Source: a virus. From it: 64,000 nucleotides of DNA. The stretch spans positions 74,662 through 138,661 of the IMG/VR virus record IMGVR_UViG_3300005573_000058. The stretch is one strand, 5' to 3'. Below the pieces are notes generated by a model that worked only from the letters and a program-made list of their open reading frames with translations, made no database searches and was not told the origin of the DNA. This document shows, in pieces, positions 36,997 to 46,491 of the stretch; positions within the stretch are counted from its first letter, which is position 1, and each line of letters begins with the position of its first letter. Made by a program: the position numbers and the translations under genes.

Positions 36997-37432
36997 AACA
37001 GTTAAAAATACACCACCTTGTAAACAAAAATCAGTTCTTCCTGAATGGATGGAACAGGAAAATGTAGCTCTTCATCTTAGGTATAATTATCCAACAACTG
37101 AGATACTATGGTCGGCATCAGCATCTGGAATGAGAACTACAATAGGAGTTGCAAGAAAAATGAAAAGAATGGGTCTTAATAGGGGTGTTCCAGATATTAT
37201 GATATTTAAGCCTAAATATGATGAAAAGAACAATGTTATATATTTTGGTTTATTTATTGAAATGAAAACTGAAATAGGTATCTTATCAGAAGAACAAAAA
37301 CATTGGATCGATAAATTAAATAAGGAAGGTTATTTAGCTGTTGTGTGTAGATCTTCTAATGAAGCTATTAATGTTATTGACAATTATATGAAACTATCTG
37401 ATGTAAATATTCAAAAAGGAAAGGTAAAATAG
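36965..37432 (+). CDS. VRR-NUC domain nuclease
   Basis: G..RGVPDI; LFIEMK; LSEEQ..W...L...GY. Confidence 0.9.
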   Translation: MMKKMRKKQIKTVKNTPPCKQKSVLPEWMEQENVALHLRYNYPTTEILWSASASGMRTTIGVARKMKRMGLNRGVPDIMIFKPKYDEKNNVIYFGLFIEMKTEIGILSEEQKHWIDKLNKEGYLAVVCRSSNEAINVIDNYMKLSDVNIQKGKVK

Positions 37433-37476
37433 TTATAAATACTGTTATTGGAAAGATAATTCTTCTCACTTATTAT

Positions 37477-39321
37477 ATGTTTAATAAGCCTTCTTATGAA
37501 TGTTTTTTATATACTTTATGTAAGTTATATGAAGATACCAAAAAATTCCTAAATATAGATAAATTAGAACAACTCATTGCTAGTAAAAAAAGACATGATT
37601 TTGATGATATTAAGATATCAGAAATACAATATATTTATAATAAATCTGTTGAAGATACAGATATATATAAAGAATACAAAAATAGTAGGTATGTATATAG
37701 TACAACAGAAGGTATGTCGTTTTTTATCTATCTTATAGATTGTATTATTAAACAAAACGAAGATGTTTTTAAAGATGTTAATTCATTGTTATCTTATATG
37801 AAACTTATTACAAATGATTTAATAACAGATAAATCTAATATTTATATAAATGAAGCTAAACGTAAGAGTATAAGAGAATATGCAACAGATATTACATCAA
37901 TGAAAGGTTTTCCTGTTCTTAATAGAGATAAAGAAATAGATGCTATTTTGTCTATATTACTTAGAAAGAGAAAAAATAATGTTTTATTAGTTGCTGATCC
38001 TGGTATAGGTAAGACAAGCATAGTATATGAAATAGCAAGAAGACTAAAAGAAATGCCGTTCTTTCAAGATAAAATAATATGGAGTGTTGATTTATCATCA
38101 ACTGATGTAGAAGATGTTACTAATAAAGCAAAAGTATTATATGATATATCTGATATAGGAGATATTATTTTTATAGACGAATTACACTCTGCTGTTATAC
38201 CATCAATGTATAAACAACCTATTATACAAGCAATAAAAGTAATATCTAATAAAAGTTCAAGAATTATTGCTACAACAACACCATCTGATTATAATGAATT
38301 ACATAAAGATAAAGCATTATGTAGAAGATTTCATATATTTAATATATCAGAGTTAACACCATCTGCTGTACTAGATATATTAAAGAATTTATCAAGTTAT
38401 TATAGATATAATGATAACATCCATTTTACTCAGGATGCTCTAGAAACTATAATTTATATTGCTGATAAATATATTACATCAGGTAGATTTCCAGATAAAG
38501 CAATAGATCTTTTAGAAAGTATTGTAGCAAAAATAAAATATGATATATCACCGTTGAAAATACATGAAACATTTAATATGTATAAATATAAAGGATATCC
38601 AGGTGAAATAGATGTTGATAAAAGAACAGTTATAGATATGTTTGAAAAAATATATAATACTAAAGTTGAAATTAGTATTGATGTATCTGTATTTTCTCAA
38701 TTTAAATCAAAGTTAACATCAGAAATTGTTAATTATATACAACAAGATGATAAAAAATGTGTTGTTATTGTAACAGATAAACAACATTATAGTGTAGATG
38801 TTATAAATAATATGTTAGATGACATGAGAAATATACTAGTTAACAAGGTAAAATTATATCAAGATATATTGAAGATCGATGGCGCTTTATATGATAGTTC
38901 TTTTACTATAACAAATTTAATAGGTAGTCCAGCAGGATATGTAGGATATGATGATCCTTCTGTTCTTGATGTATTATTTACTAAAAATAAAATTGTAATA
39001 TATATTGATGTTGAAAATATGCATCAGTCTATATTACAGTTCTTTATAAATTGTTATACGAATGGTCAATATACAACAAGGAAAGGTGTACTTAATTTTA
39101 GAAATTGTTTATTTATCTTCGCTATCCCTAAGAGTATGATCAATGAAGAAAAAATGGTTGGATTTATGACGGATAAGGATTTTGTATCTGGACAAGGTAA
39201 ATATAATGCAGAAATAAAAAGAATTGTTGATATGGTTTCTAGAATATTTTATGTAGAAAATGGAAATGTAAAATTTTTAGAGAAAGGAGGAAAATATGAA
39301 CGAAACAAAAGTAAAAATTGA
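37477..39321 (+). CDS. Clp/Hsp100 ATPase with a degenerate second AAA module
   Basis: RKRKNNVLL; PGIGKT; FIDELH; RRF; RFPDKAIDL; LIGSPAGYVGY; no second Walker A. Confidence 0.85.
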   Translation: MFNKPSYECFLYTLCKLYEDTKKFLNIDKLEQLIASKKRHDFDDIKISEIQYIYNKSVEDTDIYKEYKNSRYVYSTTEGMSFFIYLIDCIIKQNEDVFKDVNSLLSYMKLITNDLITDKSNIYINEAKRKSIREYATDITSMKGFPVLNRDKEIDAILSILLRKRKNNVLLVADPGIGKTSIVYEIARRLKEMPFFQDKIIWSVDLSSTDVEDVTNKAKVLYDISDIGDIIFIDELHSAVIPSMYKQPIIQAIKVISNKSSRIIATTTPSDYNELHKDKALCRRFHIFNISELTPSAVLDILKNLSSYYRYNDNIHFTQDALETIIYIADKYITSGRFPDKAIDLLESIVAKIKYDISPLKIHETFNMYKYKGYPGEIDVDKRTVIDMFEKIYNTKVEISIDVSVFSQFKSKLTSEIVNYIQQDDKKCVVIVTDKQHYSVDVINNMLDDMRNILVNKVKLYQDILKIDGALYDSSFTITNLIGSPAGYVGYDDPSVLDVLFTKNKIVIYIDVENMHQSILQFFINCYTNGQYTTRKGVLNFRNCLFIFAIPKSMINEEKMVGFMTDKDFVSGQGKYNAEIKRIVDMVSRIFYVENGNVKFLEKGGKYERNKSKN

Positions 39322-39874
39322 TAGTTCTAATATTATTGATGTTACATTCAATTTGTTTTTTACTAATAATAATTTATTACGTAAGATTATTTCAGATATA
39401 GTAGAGAATAAAGTACATATAGATACATTGAATACTGAAATAAGTCATAGTGATTATGGTAAAATAAAAATAGAAATTCCACAATCTTTTTTTGATAGTA
39501 TTGTTGGTATGTCACGATTGTACATGGAAGGATCGGTAATTGAGAATATAATTGAAGATATTAAATCTGATTTTTCAGATTTTACTCCTGAAAAGATTAA
39601 TATTCTTATAAACATAATATCTCAAAATTTTATGTATGTTATAATTGATTGTGTACTTCTTGGTTATATGTTATGTTCATCTTCTATTTTTTATCATTTT
39701 AAGACTGAAGCTAAAAAATCATTCTTCGATCTGTGGTTAGAAGGATATTTACCGAATGAATATTATGATTACGATATTAATAAAATTAGAGATAATGTAA
39801 AAGTTGTTTTTATTACAGCAAAACAGAACTTCGAAAAGAAAAACAAAAAGAGTAAAAAGAAGGAGGTAAAATGA
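39296..39874 (+). CDS. hypothetical protein
   Basis: RBS; 192 aa. Confidence 0.8.
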   Translation: MNETKVKIDSSNIIDVTFNLFFTNNNLLRKIISDIVENKVHIDTLNTEISHSDYGKIKIEIPQSFFDSIVGMSRLYMEGSVIENIIEDIKSDFSDFTPEKINILINIISQNFMYVIIDCVLLGYMLCSSSIFYHFKTEAKKSFFDLWLEGYLPNEYYDYDINKIRDNVKVVFITAKQNFEKKNKKSKKKEVK

Positions 39875-40323
39875 AACAAATAACAGCAAAGGGCGATTTG
39901 CCATCTTCTTTAAGATGTCTTGTAGATATCGTTTTAAATATGAAAAGGAAAATTTATGTATTTGAACTTAGAAGTGGTAATAAGAGAGATAGAATTAAAC
40001 AATTATCAATAGAAATGGATCTTGTTAGAGAAGTAAGCATTGATAATAAAACAGGAAGATATTATTATATTGCTTTTGGTTCTCCTTTAATTGTTGATCA
40101 TGAGAAGATGGAAATAAGAGAATCAAGAGACTATATTTTGTATTTTTATGAAATGAAAGTTGATGAATATCTATCTATAAAACGTATTCAAGATAGAATA
40201 GAAACGGAAGAAAGAGATAGATTAGAGTATATACAGAGTTTAGTTGAAAAAGGATATAAAGTTAAATATTCTGATATCGTGAATATCAAAAAAGAATTTA
40301 CAGATGCAAAGCCTATTGATTAA
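39871..40323 (+). CDS. hypothetical protein
   Basis: RBS; 150 aa. Confidence 0.8.
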   Translation: MKQITAKGDLPSSLRCLVDIVLNMKRKIYVFELRSGNKRDRIKQLSIEMDLVREVSIDNKTGRYYYIAFGSPLIVDHEKMEIRESRDYILYFYEMKVDEYLSIKRIQDRIETEERDRLEYIQSLVEKGYKVKYSDIVNIKKEFTDAKPID

Positions 40324-40338
40324 AAGGAGGTTTCAATA

Positions 40339-40623
40339 ATGGATTTAGTTGATTTTGTTCTTTTATATATTGCTGATATCATTTATCCTAATACAAGAGT
40401 TGTAGAGATATTATCTAAAAGTGATATAACAGATGAGGATAGAGAATATATTGAAAAATGTAGAAATGAGACCAAGATTGATTATGCTCATTATAAGAAA
40501 ATAATAAGGACTATTAAAAATATTTCTAAAGAATATGGTATAAAAGAATCAATGTTATGGGAATATGTGAATATTATTATGCCTAAAAATGTTGAAAAAC
40601 AATTAACTACAGAAGAGTTATGA
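40339..40623 (+). CDS. hypothetical protein
   Basis: RBS; 94 aa. Confidence 0.75.
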   Translation: MDLVDFVLLYIADIIYPNTRVVEILSKSDITDEDREYIEKCRNETKIDYAHYKKIIRTIKNISKEYGIKESMLWEYVNIIMPKNVEKQLTTEEL

Positions 40624-40640
40624 AATTTAAAAAAAAATGC

Positions 40641-40669
40641 TTGACAAATTTGAAAAATATTGTTATATA
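40641..40669 (+). promoter_or_regulatory. sigmaA/70-type promoter
   Basis: TTGACA-N17-TATATA with extended TG. Confidence 0.7.
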
Positions 40670-40692
40670 TATTAATAAACAAGGGAGGTACT

Positions 40693-41211
40693 ATGACAGA
40701 ACAGAAAGTGTCAGATGTTGTAAGTGAATTGTTAAAAATTGACTATAGTAATGCTAAACAAGTAAAGTACATACAAGATACATATCTGCATAGTATTATG
40801 GATGTAGACACTGGAAGTATAACAGAGTTAAAAGATAAAAATATAAAACTTCTGTATTTTTATCAAATTGCTTTTGATTGTTACAGAATATCTCAAGCAA
40901 GATATAAATACTGGTCAGCTAAATTTGAAATGAGATATAGGGCATTATCTAAATCTATGCTTGATATAGAATCGTCATCACATAAAGTAGAAACAAAAGC
41001 AAAGGCTGATGCGTCTAATGAATATGGTGAAAAGGTGTTAGAGTGGGAACTCAAATATAGATTTTGGCAATCTGTTATAGATGAAATGGATAGAATTGCA
41101 AAGAGGATAGATTCAAGTACTATATTGCTTGGTATAGAAAGAAAAATATATCAGGCTGGTTTTGATAATATAGAACAAGATGAAGGGGAAACAGTAAAAA
41201 ATGATAGATGA
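40693..41211 (+). CDS. helical protein (UvsY-like recombination mediator, tentative)
   Basis: GGGAGG RBS before ATG 40693; coiled-coil pattern. Confidence 0.6.
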   Translation: MTEQKVSDVVSELLKIDYSNAKQVKYIQDTYLHSIMDVDTGSITELKDKNIKLLYFYQIAFDCYRISQARYKYWSAKFEMRYRALSKSMLDIESSSHKVETKAKADASNEYGEKVLEWELKYRFWQSVIDEMDRIAKRIDSSTILLGIERKIYQAGFDNIEQDEGETVKNDR

Positions 41212-42292
41212 ACATGAAAATATATACATTGAGTATATAGTAGAGTTATATAGGTCAGGTGGATCTATTGTTTTTTCTCCAGAAGAAGAGAAACAAAAAT
41301 TTATAGAATTGGATGATTGTAGGAAGCAATTTATTGAAGCTGTGATAAACAAATCTGAATATCTAGAATATTATTTATCTATACTTAATAACATTATAGT
41401 CGAAAAAGATTTATTTCAGAAATATTTTGTTAGTGTTCATCATAATAGAATAAAGAATATTGGGTATGTTAATCTGATTCATAGTTTTCTTTCTCAACAT
41501 TTAGAAGAGATTAAGCAAGCAGTTAAAAATAATGATATTAAAAAAATTAAAAAATTATTGTATATATTAAAACCATCAACTAAGTTAATATATGATTTTG
41601 CCAAAAAGTTTAGTGAATTACAATTTATATATGATAAATATAAAAATATCTTTGATTCAATTGTTATACATAATTTAAAACTTGTATTAACTCAGATAAA
41701 ATCATATGATAGCGGTTCTTTACAAATGAATGATTTAATACAAGAAGGTAATATTGGTCTTATTAAAGCTGTTGAAAAATTTGATATTAAGAAGGAAACT
41801 AAATTTTCTACATATGCTAGTTGGTGGATAAAATTTTATATACTACGTTCTCTTGCAAATAAAAAAGATATTATTAGAATACCTGTTTATCTTTATACTG
41901 TTTTAAATGTATTGTATAACAATGTAGGAATAATAGATGACATAAAAGACATTGATAAAGAGACATTAAAAGAAATATCTAAGAAATATAACATAGTATT
42001 AGAGCATTTAATGCAAGCTATTTCATGTTTAGATGTTAAAGTAATTTCAGATAATTTGTTTATAAGTGAACAATATAGTAATGAAAATATAGAATATTTA
42101 TATTTCTATCAGCTTTTTGATAAAAAGATAATAAATATTTTAACAAATAAAGAACTTGCTTTGTTATTTGATGTTTTGATTTTCAATAAAACAGCAAACA
42201 TAAATGAAAATAGTTTTATTAACATAATTAAAAAATTAAAACAAAAAACAAAAGGAGGTACGTATGGAAGAAAAACTAGAAGTAATAACTAA
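41201..42292 (+). CDS. sigma70-family factor (RpoD-like region 2) with degenerate region 4
   Basis: HNLKLV; DLIQEGNIGLIKAVEKFD; KFSTYASWWIK; IRIPV. Confidence 0.9.
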   Translation: MIDEHENIYIEYIVELYRSGGSIVFSPEEEKQKFIELDDCRKQFIEAVINKSEYLEYYLSILNNIIVEKDLFQKYFVSVHHNRIKNIGYVNLIHSFLSQHLEEIKQAVKNNDIKKIKKLLYILKPSTKLIYDFAKKFSELQFIYDKYKNIFDSIVIHNLKLVLTQIKSYDSGSLQMNDLIQEGNIGLIKAVEKFDIKKETKFSTYASWWIKFYILRSLANKKDIIRIPVYLYTVLNVLYNNVGIIDDIKDIDKETLKEISKKYNIVLEHLMQAISCLDVKVISDNLFISEQYSNENIEYLYFYQLFDKKIINILTNKELALLFDVLIFNKTANINENSFINIIKKLKQKTKGGTYGRKTRSNN

Positions 42293-42560
42293 AGATGTTG
42301 AAGATTTAAAATCTTCGGTAAAGTTTTTACAAGATGTAATTGCATCTTTTCAGAAAAATGTAGCTAATGATCAAGAAAAAATGACACAACTTATTACTCA
42401 ATCATTAATGACTCTTGAAATACTGTTAAGGATACTTCTTAAAAAAGAAGTTTTGAACATGACTGATGTAGAAGAAGAGCAACAAAAGTATATGGAAGAA
42501 TTGAATAATGTGATGAATCAACAAAAGAATATTCAAGGTACATCAAATAAAAAGAAATGA
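42264..42560 (+). CDS. coiled-coil hypothetical protein
   Basis: RBS; 98 aa. Confidence 0.75.
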   Translation: MEEKLEVITKDVEDLKSSVKFLQDVIASFQKNVANDQEKMTQLITQSLMTLEILLRILLKKEVLNMTDVEEEQQKYMEELNNVMNQQKNIQGTSNKKK

Positions 42561-42820
42561 AATTTCCGATATCCGAAAAGACTGCTATGTCATATGGAAT
42601 ATGTCCTGTGTGCTCTAATGAACTGAAAGTACCAGTAAGACTAAAATTAATGTCGATTGTTGATAAGATAGGCGAAGATAAAGTAACACTATTTTTTGGA
42701 TGTTTTAATTGTAAATCTATGTTTTACAGCATAGAAATATCTAGAGAAACTTATAATAAACTAGCAGAGCAGGCATTAGTTGTTTTTAAGAAAATGGAAG
42801 GGGTAGAACAGAAAAAATGA
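42557..42820 (+). CDS. zinc-ribbon protein
   Basis: CPVC...CFNC. Confidence 0.75.
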   Translation: MKFPISEKTAMSYGICPVCSNELKVPVRLKLMSIVDKIGEDKVTLFFGCFNCKSMFYSIEISRETYNKLAEQALVVFKKMEGVEQKK

Positions 42821-45171
42821 AATGTAATGTTCCATTAATTGTTAATTTCGGAAAGACGAAGTTGAAAATATGGAGTAATGGTAAGGTCAATATTTTACCC
42901 CTTCCATTTAACCCTTTTATTATTAAGAAAGATGAGAAAGGTGATTTGATAGTAAATTCTTATACTGAGAAAAATGTAAGAGTACGAAAAATTCAGTATA
43001 ATAATATTCTAGATTTTAAAGAAGTTTATAAATATTTACCTGAGTCTGAAAGTAAAGATTTATTTTATACATCGCTCAAGATAATGTATTACACTTTTGC
43101 CAAAGATTTGATAATGAAATATAAACAAACTGATGATTTAAAGATATTAATTCTTGACATTGAAGCAATTACTGATTCTAAACTAACAACTTCTGGTGAA
43201 AATCCTATTACATCTATTGCTGCTAAATTTAATGATAATGATATTATTTGTTTTTCTGACTTTAGAAAAACATTAAAATATCCTGATTTGTATATTATTA
43301 AAGAATTTACAAGTTATTTTCAACAGGTAGATCCTGATATTATTGTCTCATATACACCATTTGATATTATTGTATTACAAAACAGGATAAATAAGATGAA
43401 AGGAACTGTAGATGTTTTAGCATATCATAGAGAATTTGGTCATTCATCTAGAGCTACAGTTGATGAATATAAGTTTGCATCTAAAAAGCCAGATGGTACT
43501 TATTATATTAGTTTTAACGGTAGGATATATATAGATTTATATCAGTTAGTTAAAAAAGATACAAGTTTAACAGGTATTACAGATAGAAAATTAAAAACAT
43601 TAGCTAAGTTTTATAATTTAGATTATATTGAACTAACAAAAGATCAAATGAATGATATGATCAATATAGTCAATACACCTATACTAACAGAATATAATAA
43701 ATCAGATGTTAATATTACATCTTATATTTTTTACAGAAATTACATAAATAGTTTAATTTCTTTAGCTGAACAATTAGAAATAGCATTAGAAGATTCTTAT
43801 GATTTTTTACTGAGGAAATCTAATATAGCTGAGTTATTACTTTTTAGAGAAATGTCGTCTAAAAATATTTATCCTTTTGGTACTAATGCTCAAAGATATC
43901 CGGATATTGTAAAAGATGTGAATATAAATGGTAAAATAGAAAAAAGGTTCAAATATGAGGGAGCATATGTTGATATATGTAAAACAGGTGTTATATCGCC
44001 TGTGTGGAAGTATGATTTTAGTAGTTTTTATCCATCTGCTGCACTAACTTTTAATATATCGCCTGAAACAACGACTATTTATGCAAAAAATCAGTATACT
44101 GGACAATTTAAATTCTGGAGACAGGAAGGATACTTATATATATCTTGTCCTGATTCTAATTTAAATTTGGATGTTGTTATAAGAATTGCTCTACCTAAAG
44201 AAGGACAAGAAGGTATAGTTAGAAAAATGATACAAGAAATGTGGAAAAAGAAAGATGAAATTAAGAAGCAACTTAAAAAAGATCCTAATAACTTATCATT
44301 ACAAAGTCAATACAATAATATCAAGGTTATTATTAATGCATTTTCTTATGGAGCATCAGGTCTTGCTTATAGCAGATGCGGCGATTTGGCATCAGCTTTT
44401 GCTATATCATCTATATGTAGGTATATATCAAAAAGAATTGTAACAGATGTATTTAAAGAACATACAGTAGAAGTAGATACTGATGGTATATATGTAGATA
44501 AGAAATTCGATCTTAATGTATTACAACAATGGATCAATGATCTAATTAAGAATGAATTTCATCTGAAAAGTTATTTTAAGATAGATGAGGAAGAATATCA
44601 ATCATCATTTTTCTATAAAATGAAAAATTATATTTTAAAAACTTATGACAATAAAACAATTATACATGGAGCAGCATTTAAATCTAGTAGTAAATGTAAG
44701 TTATTTGCTCATGTATTACATAATATGATTGATTATATATTAAATAACCCTAAGACAACATTAAAAGATATGATAAATTATAAACTCAAATTAAGTGATT
44801 TGTCTCAGTATAAGTGGCCAGATGATTTTGTTTTGTCTTTTAGAGTATCAAGAGATAAAGATGAATATATTTCAAAGACATCTCTATCATATAAAATGAT
44901 TGAGCAATATGAACAAAAAACAGAAACAAGAGTTAGAACAGATGATACAATATTTTATGTTGTTACGAAAGGAATGAATTATAAGATCCTTGATAACTTA
45001 TCCCCGAATGATATATATAGTGAGCAATATTATCGGGAATTAATTGACAATTTTTGTGAAGAAGTATTTGGTATCCCAATCAATAATTCTGTCAGTTTAT
45101 TTCATGGTATGTTAAAAGAAGAAAAGAAAGAAATTACAGAAGAAGAGAATGTAGAAGAAGATGAAATTTAA
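42817..45171 (+). CDS. polB: family B DNA polymerase with 3'-5' exonuclease
   Basis: ExoI LDIE; ExoII FDI; ExoIII YN.SD; YEGA; DFSSFYPS; KVIINA.SYG; DTDG. Confidence 0.93.
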   Translation: MKCNVPLIVNFGKTKLKIWSNGKVNILPLPFNPFIIKKDEKGDLIVNSYTEKNVRVRKIQYNNILDFKEVYKYLPESESKDLFYTSLKIMYYTFAKDLIMKYKQTDDLKILILDIEAITDSKLTTSGENPITSIAAKFNDNDIICFSDFRKTLKYPDLYIIKEFTSYFQQVDPDIIVSYTPFDIIVLQNRINKMKGTVDVLAYHREFGHSSRATVDEYKFASKKPDGTYYISFNGRIYIDLYQLVKKDTSLTGITDRKLKTLAKFYNLDYIELTKDQMNDMINIVNTPILTEYNKSDVNITSYIFYRNYINSLISLAEQLEIALEDSYDFLLRKSNIAELLLFREMSSKNIYPFGTNAQRYPDIVKDVNINGKIEKRFKYEGAYVDICKTGVISPVWKYDFSSFYPSAALTFNISPETTTIYAKNQYTGQFKFWRQEGYLYISCPDSNLNLDVVIRIALPKEGQEGIVRKMIQEMWKKKDEIKKQLKKDPNNLSLQSQYNNIKVIINAFSYGASGLAYSRCGDLASAFAISSICRYISKRIVTDVFKEHTVEVDTDGIYVDKKFDLNVLQQWINDLIKNEFHLKSYFKIDEEEYQSSFFYKMKNYILKTYDNKTIIHGAAFKSSSKCKLFAHVLHNMIDYILNNPKTTLKDMINYKLKLSDLSQYKWPDDFVLSFRVSRDKDEYISKTSLSYKMIEQYEQKTETRVRTDDTIFYVVTKGMNYKILDNLSPNDIYSEQYYRELIDNFCEEVFGIPINNSVSLFHGMLKEEKKEITEEENVEEDEI

Positions 45172-45185
45172 GCAAAGGAGGTATT

Positions 45186-46226
45186 ATGTTTGGTAAATCA
45201 AAAGTAAAGGTTGGTAGTTTGCTTGAAAAAACGAAAATTCTTACAGATGATGGTATTCAAAATCTGACTGCTGGTTCTTTTAAAATTAAAAATCAGGTTG
45301 TTACAGCAGAAATATCGGAAAATACGGGTAATCAGGATATATACAAAGTAAAAATTGAAAATGGTAAAGTATACTATCTTGTTGCAGATCATCCTGTAGT
45401 TGTATTTGGAACAGAAAGGACTTGTGAAACAAAGCTGGTTGCTGATATTATAAAGGATGATAAGCTTTGTTTTACTAAAGTTGATAAACTAGGTTATGGT
45501 AAAGAGGGTTCATTCGAAGCTGGTTATTTTGTAGGAACAATTATTACTAGATCTTCTTATAGTTTTGTTGATAACAAGATTTTATTTAATGTAGTATTTA
45601 AGAAAGATGAAACAAAATATATGTGTTGTGATATGTTTTACTATTTTTTGTTAAAGAATAAAATTGATAAAATAGGTAATAATTATGTAGTAGATTCTGA
45701 TTTATATGTTGACAATATGACAGCAAGTTTATATGATGTTCTTAAACAATTTTTAAAACAGAAAAGTGTTGTTTTTATGAATCCTTTTTTATATGTAAAT
45801 GCATCAGAAGAATTTCGTAGAGGCCTTGTTAGTGCTTTATTTTCAACAGATAGTTATATACTTGAAGATAATGGTATTGTATTTTATTCAAAATTTAAGA
45901 GTTTTATTTATGATCTATCTGATTTTATCGGATTTTATGGTATAAAACATTTTATATCTTATAAAACAAATCTGTATAAAATAATTATACCTAAATCACA
46001 ATTATCACATTTTGATAAGATATTTGTTATTCAACATAGAAAGAAAAAAGATATATTAGAATCTTTATCTAATAGTGTTGTTAGTATTTATGATGATAAT
46101 TTCTATAATATTCATACTATACGGAATATTCAACAAATAAATGAAAACTTGAAGACTATAGATTTATATGTAAATAATACGCCATTTACTTATAAATTAT
46201 CACATATATCAGGAGGTGTATTATGA
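45186..46226 (+). CDS. free-standing degenerate intein-like protein (Hint + LAGLIDADG) without exteins
   Basis: SLLEKTKILTDDG; YKVKIENG..LVADHPV; AGYFVG; FRRGLVSALFSTDS; TIDLYV; no terminal HN-C/S/T. Confidence 0.75.
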   Translation: MFGKSKVKVGSLLEKTKILTDDGIQNLTAGSFKIKNQVVTAEISENTGNQDIYKVKIENGKVYYLVADHPVVVFGTERTCETKLVADIIKDDKLCFTKVDKLGYGKEGSFEAGYFVGTIITRSSYSFVDNKILFNVVFKKDETKYMCCDMFYYFLLKNKIDKIGNNYVVDSDLYVDNMTASLYDVLKQFLKQKSVVFMNPFLYVNASEEFRRGLVSALFSTDSYILEDNGIVFYSKFKSFIYDLSDFIGFYGIKHFISYKTNLYKIIIPKSQLSHFDKIFVIQHRKKKDILESLSNSVVSIYDDNFYNIHTIRNIQQINENLKTIDLYVNNTPFTYKLSHISGGVL

Positions 46227-46486
46227 GAGAAAAATTGATGATTTTTTATAGTGAGAATTGTCCTGTTTGTATGGAAGTTTTATCATTTACATGGTTAGAT
46301 GATGTTGAATTTTATTGTTTAGAGAATCAAGAACATAAACATTTGTTTAAAAAGTTCGATATAAAGAAAGTACCCTTCTTTATTATTAAAACAAAATATG
46401 ATTATGGTGAAGAATATATTGTTGTTGGAAGTGGTTTAAAAACATTAGGAGATGATAGAGTTTCAAAATATCTTAAAAAGGAGTAG
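46223..46486 (+). CDS. glutaredoxin/thioredoxin-like protein
   Basis: FYSENCPVC; I..VP. Confidence 0.8.
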   Translation: MREKLMIFYSENCPVCMEVLSFTWLDDVEFYCLENQEHKHLFKKFDIKKVPFFIIKTKYDYGEEYIVVGSGLKTLGDDRVSKYLKKE

Positions 46487-46491
46487 TAGAT

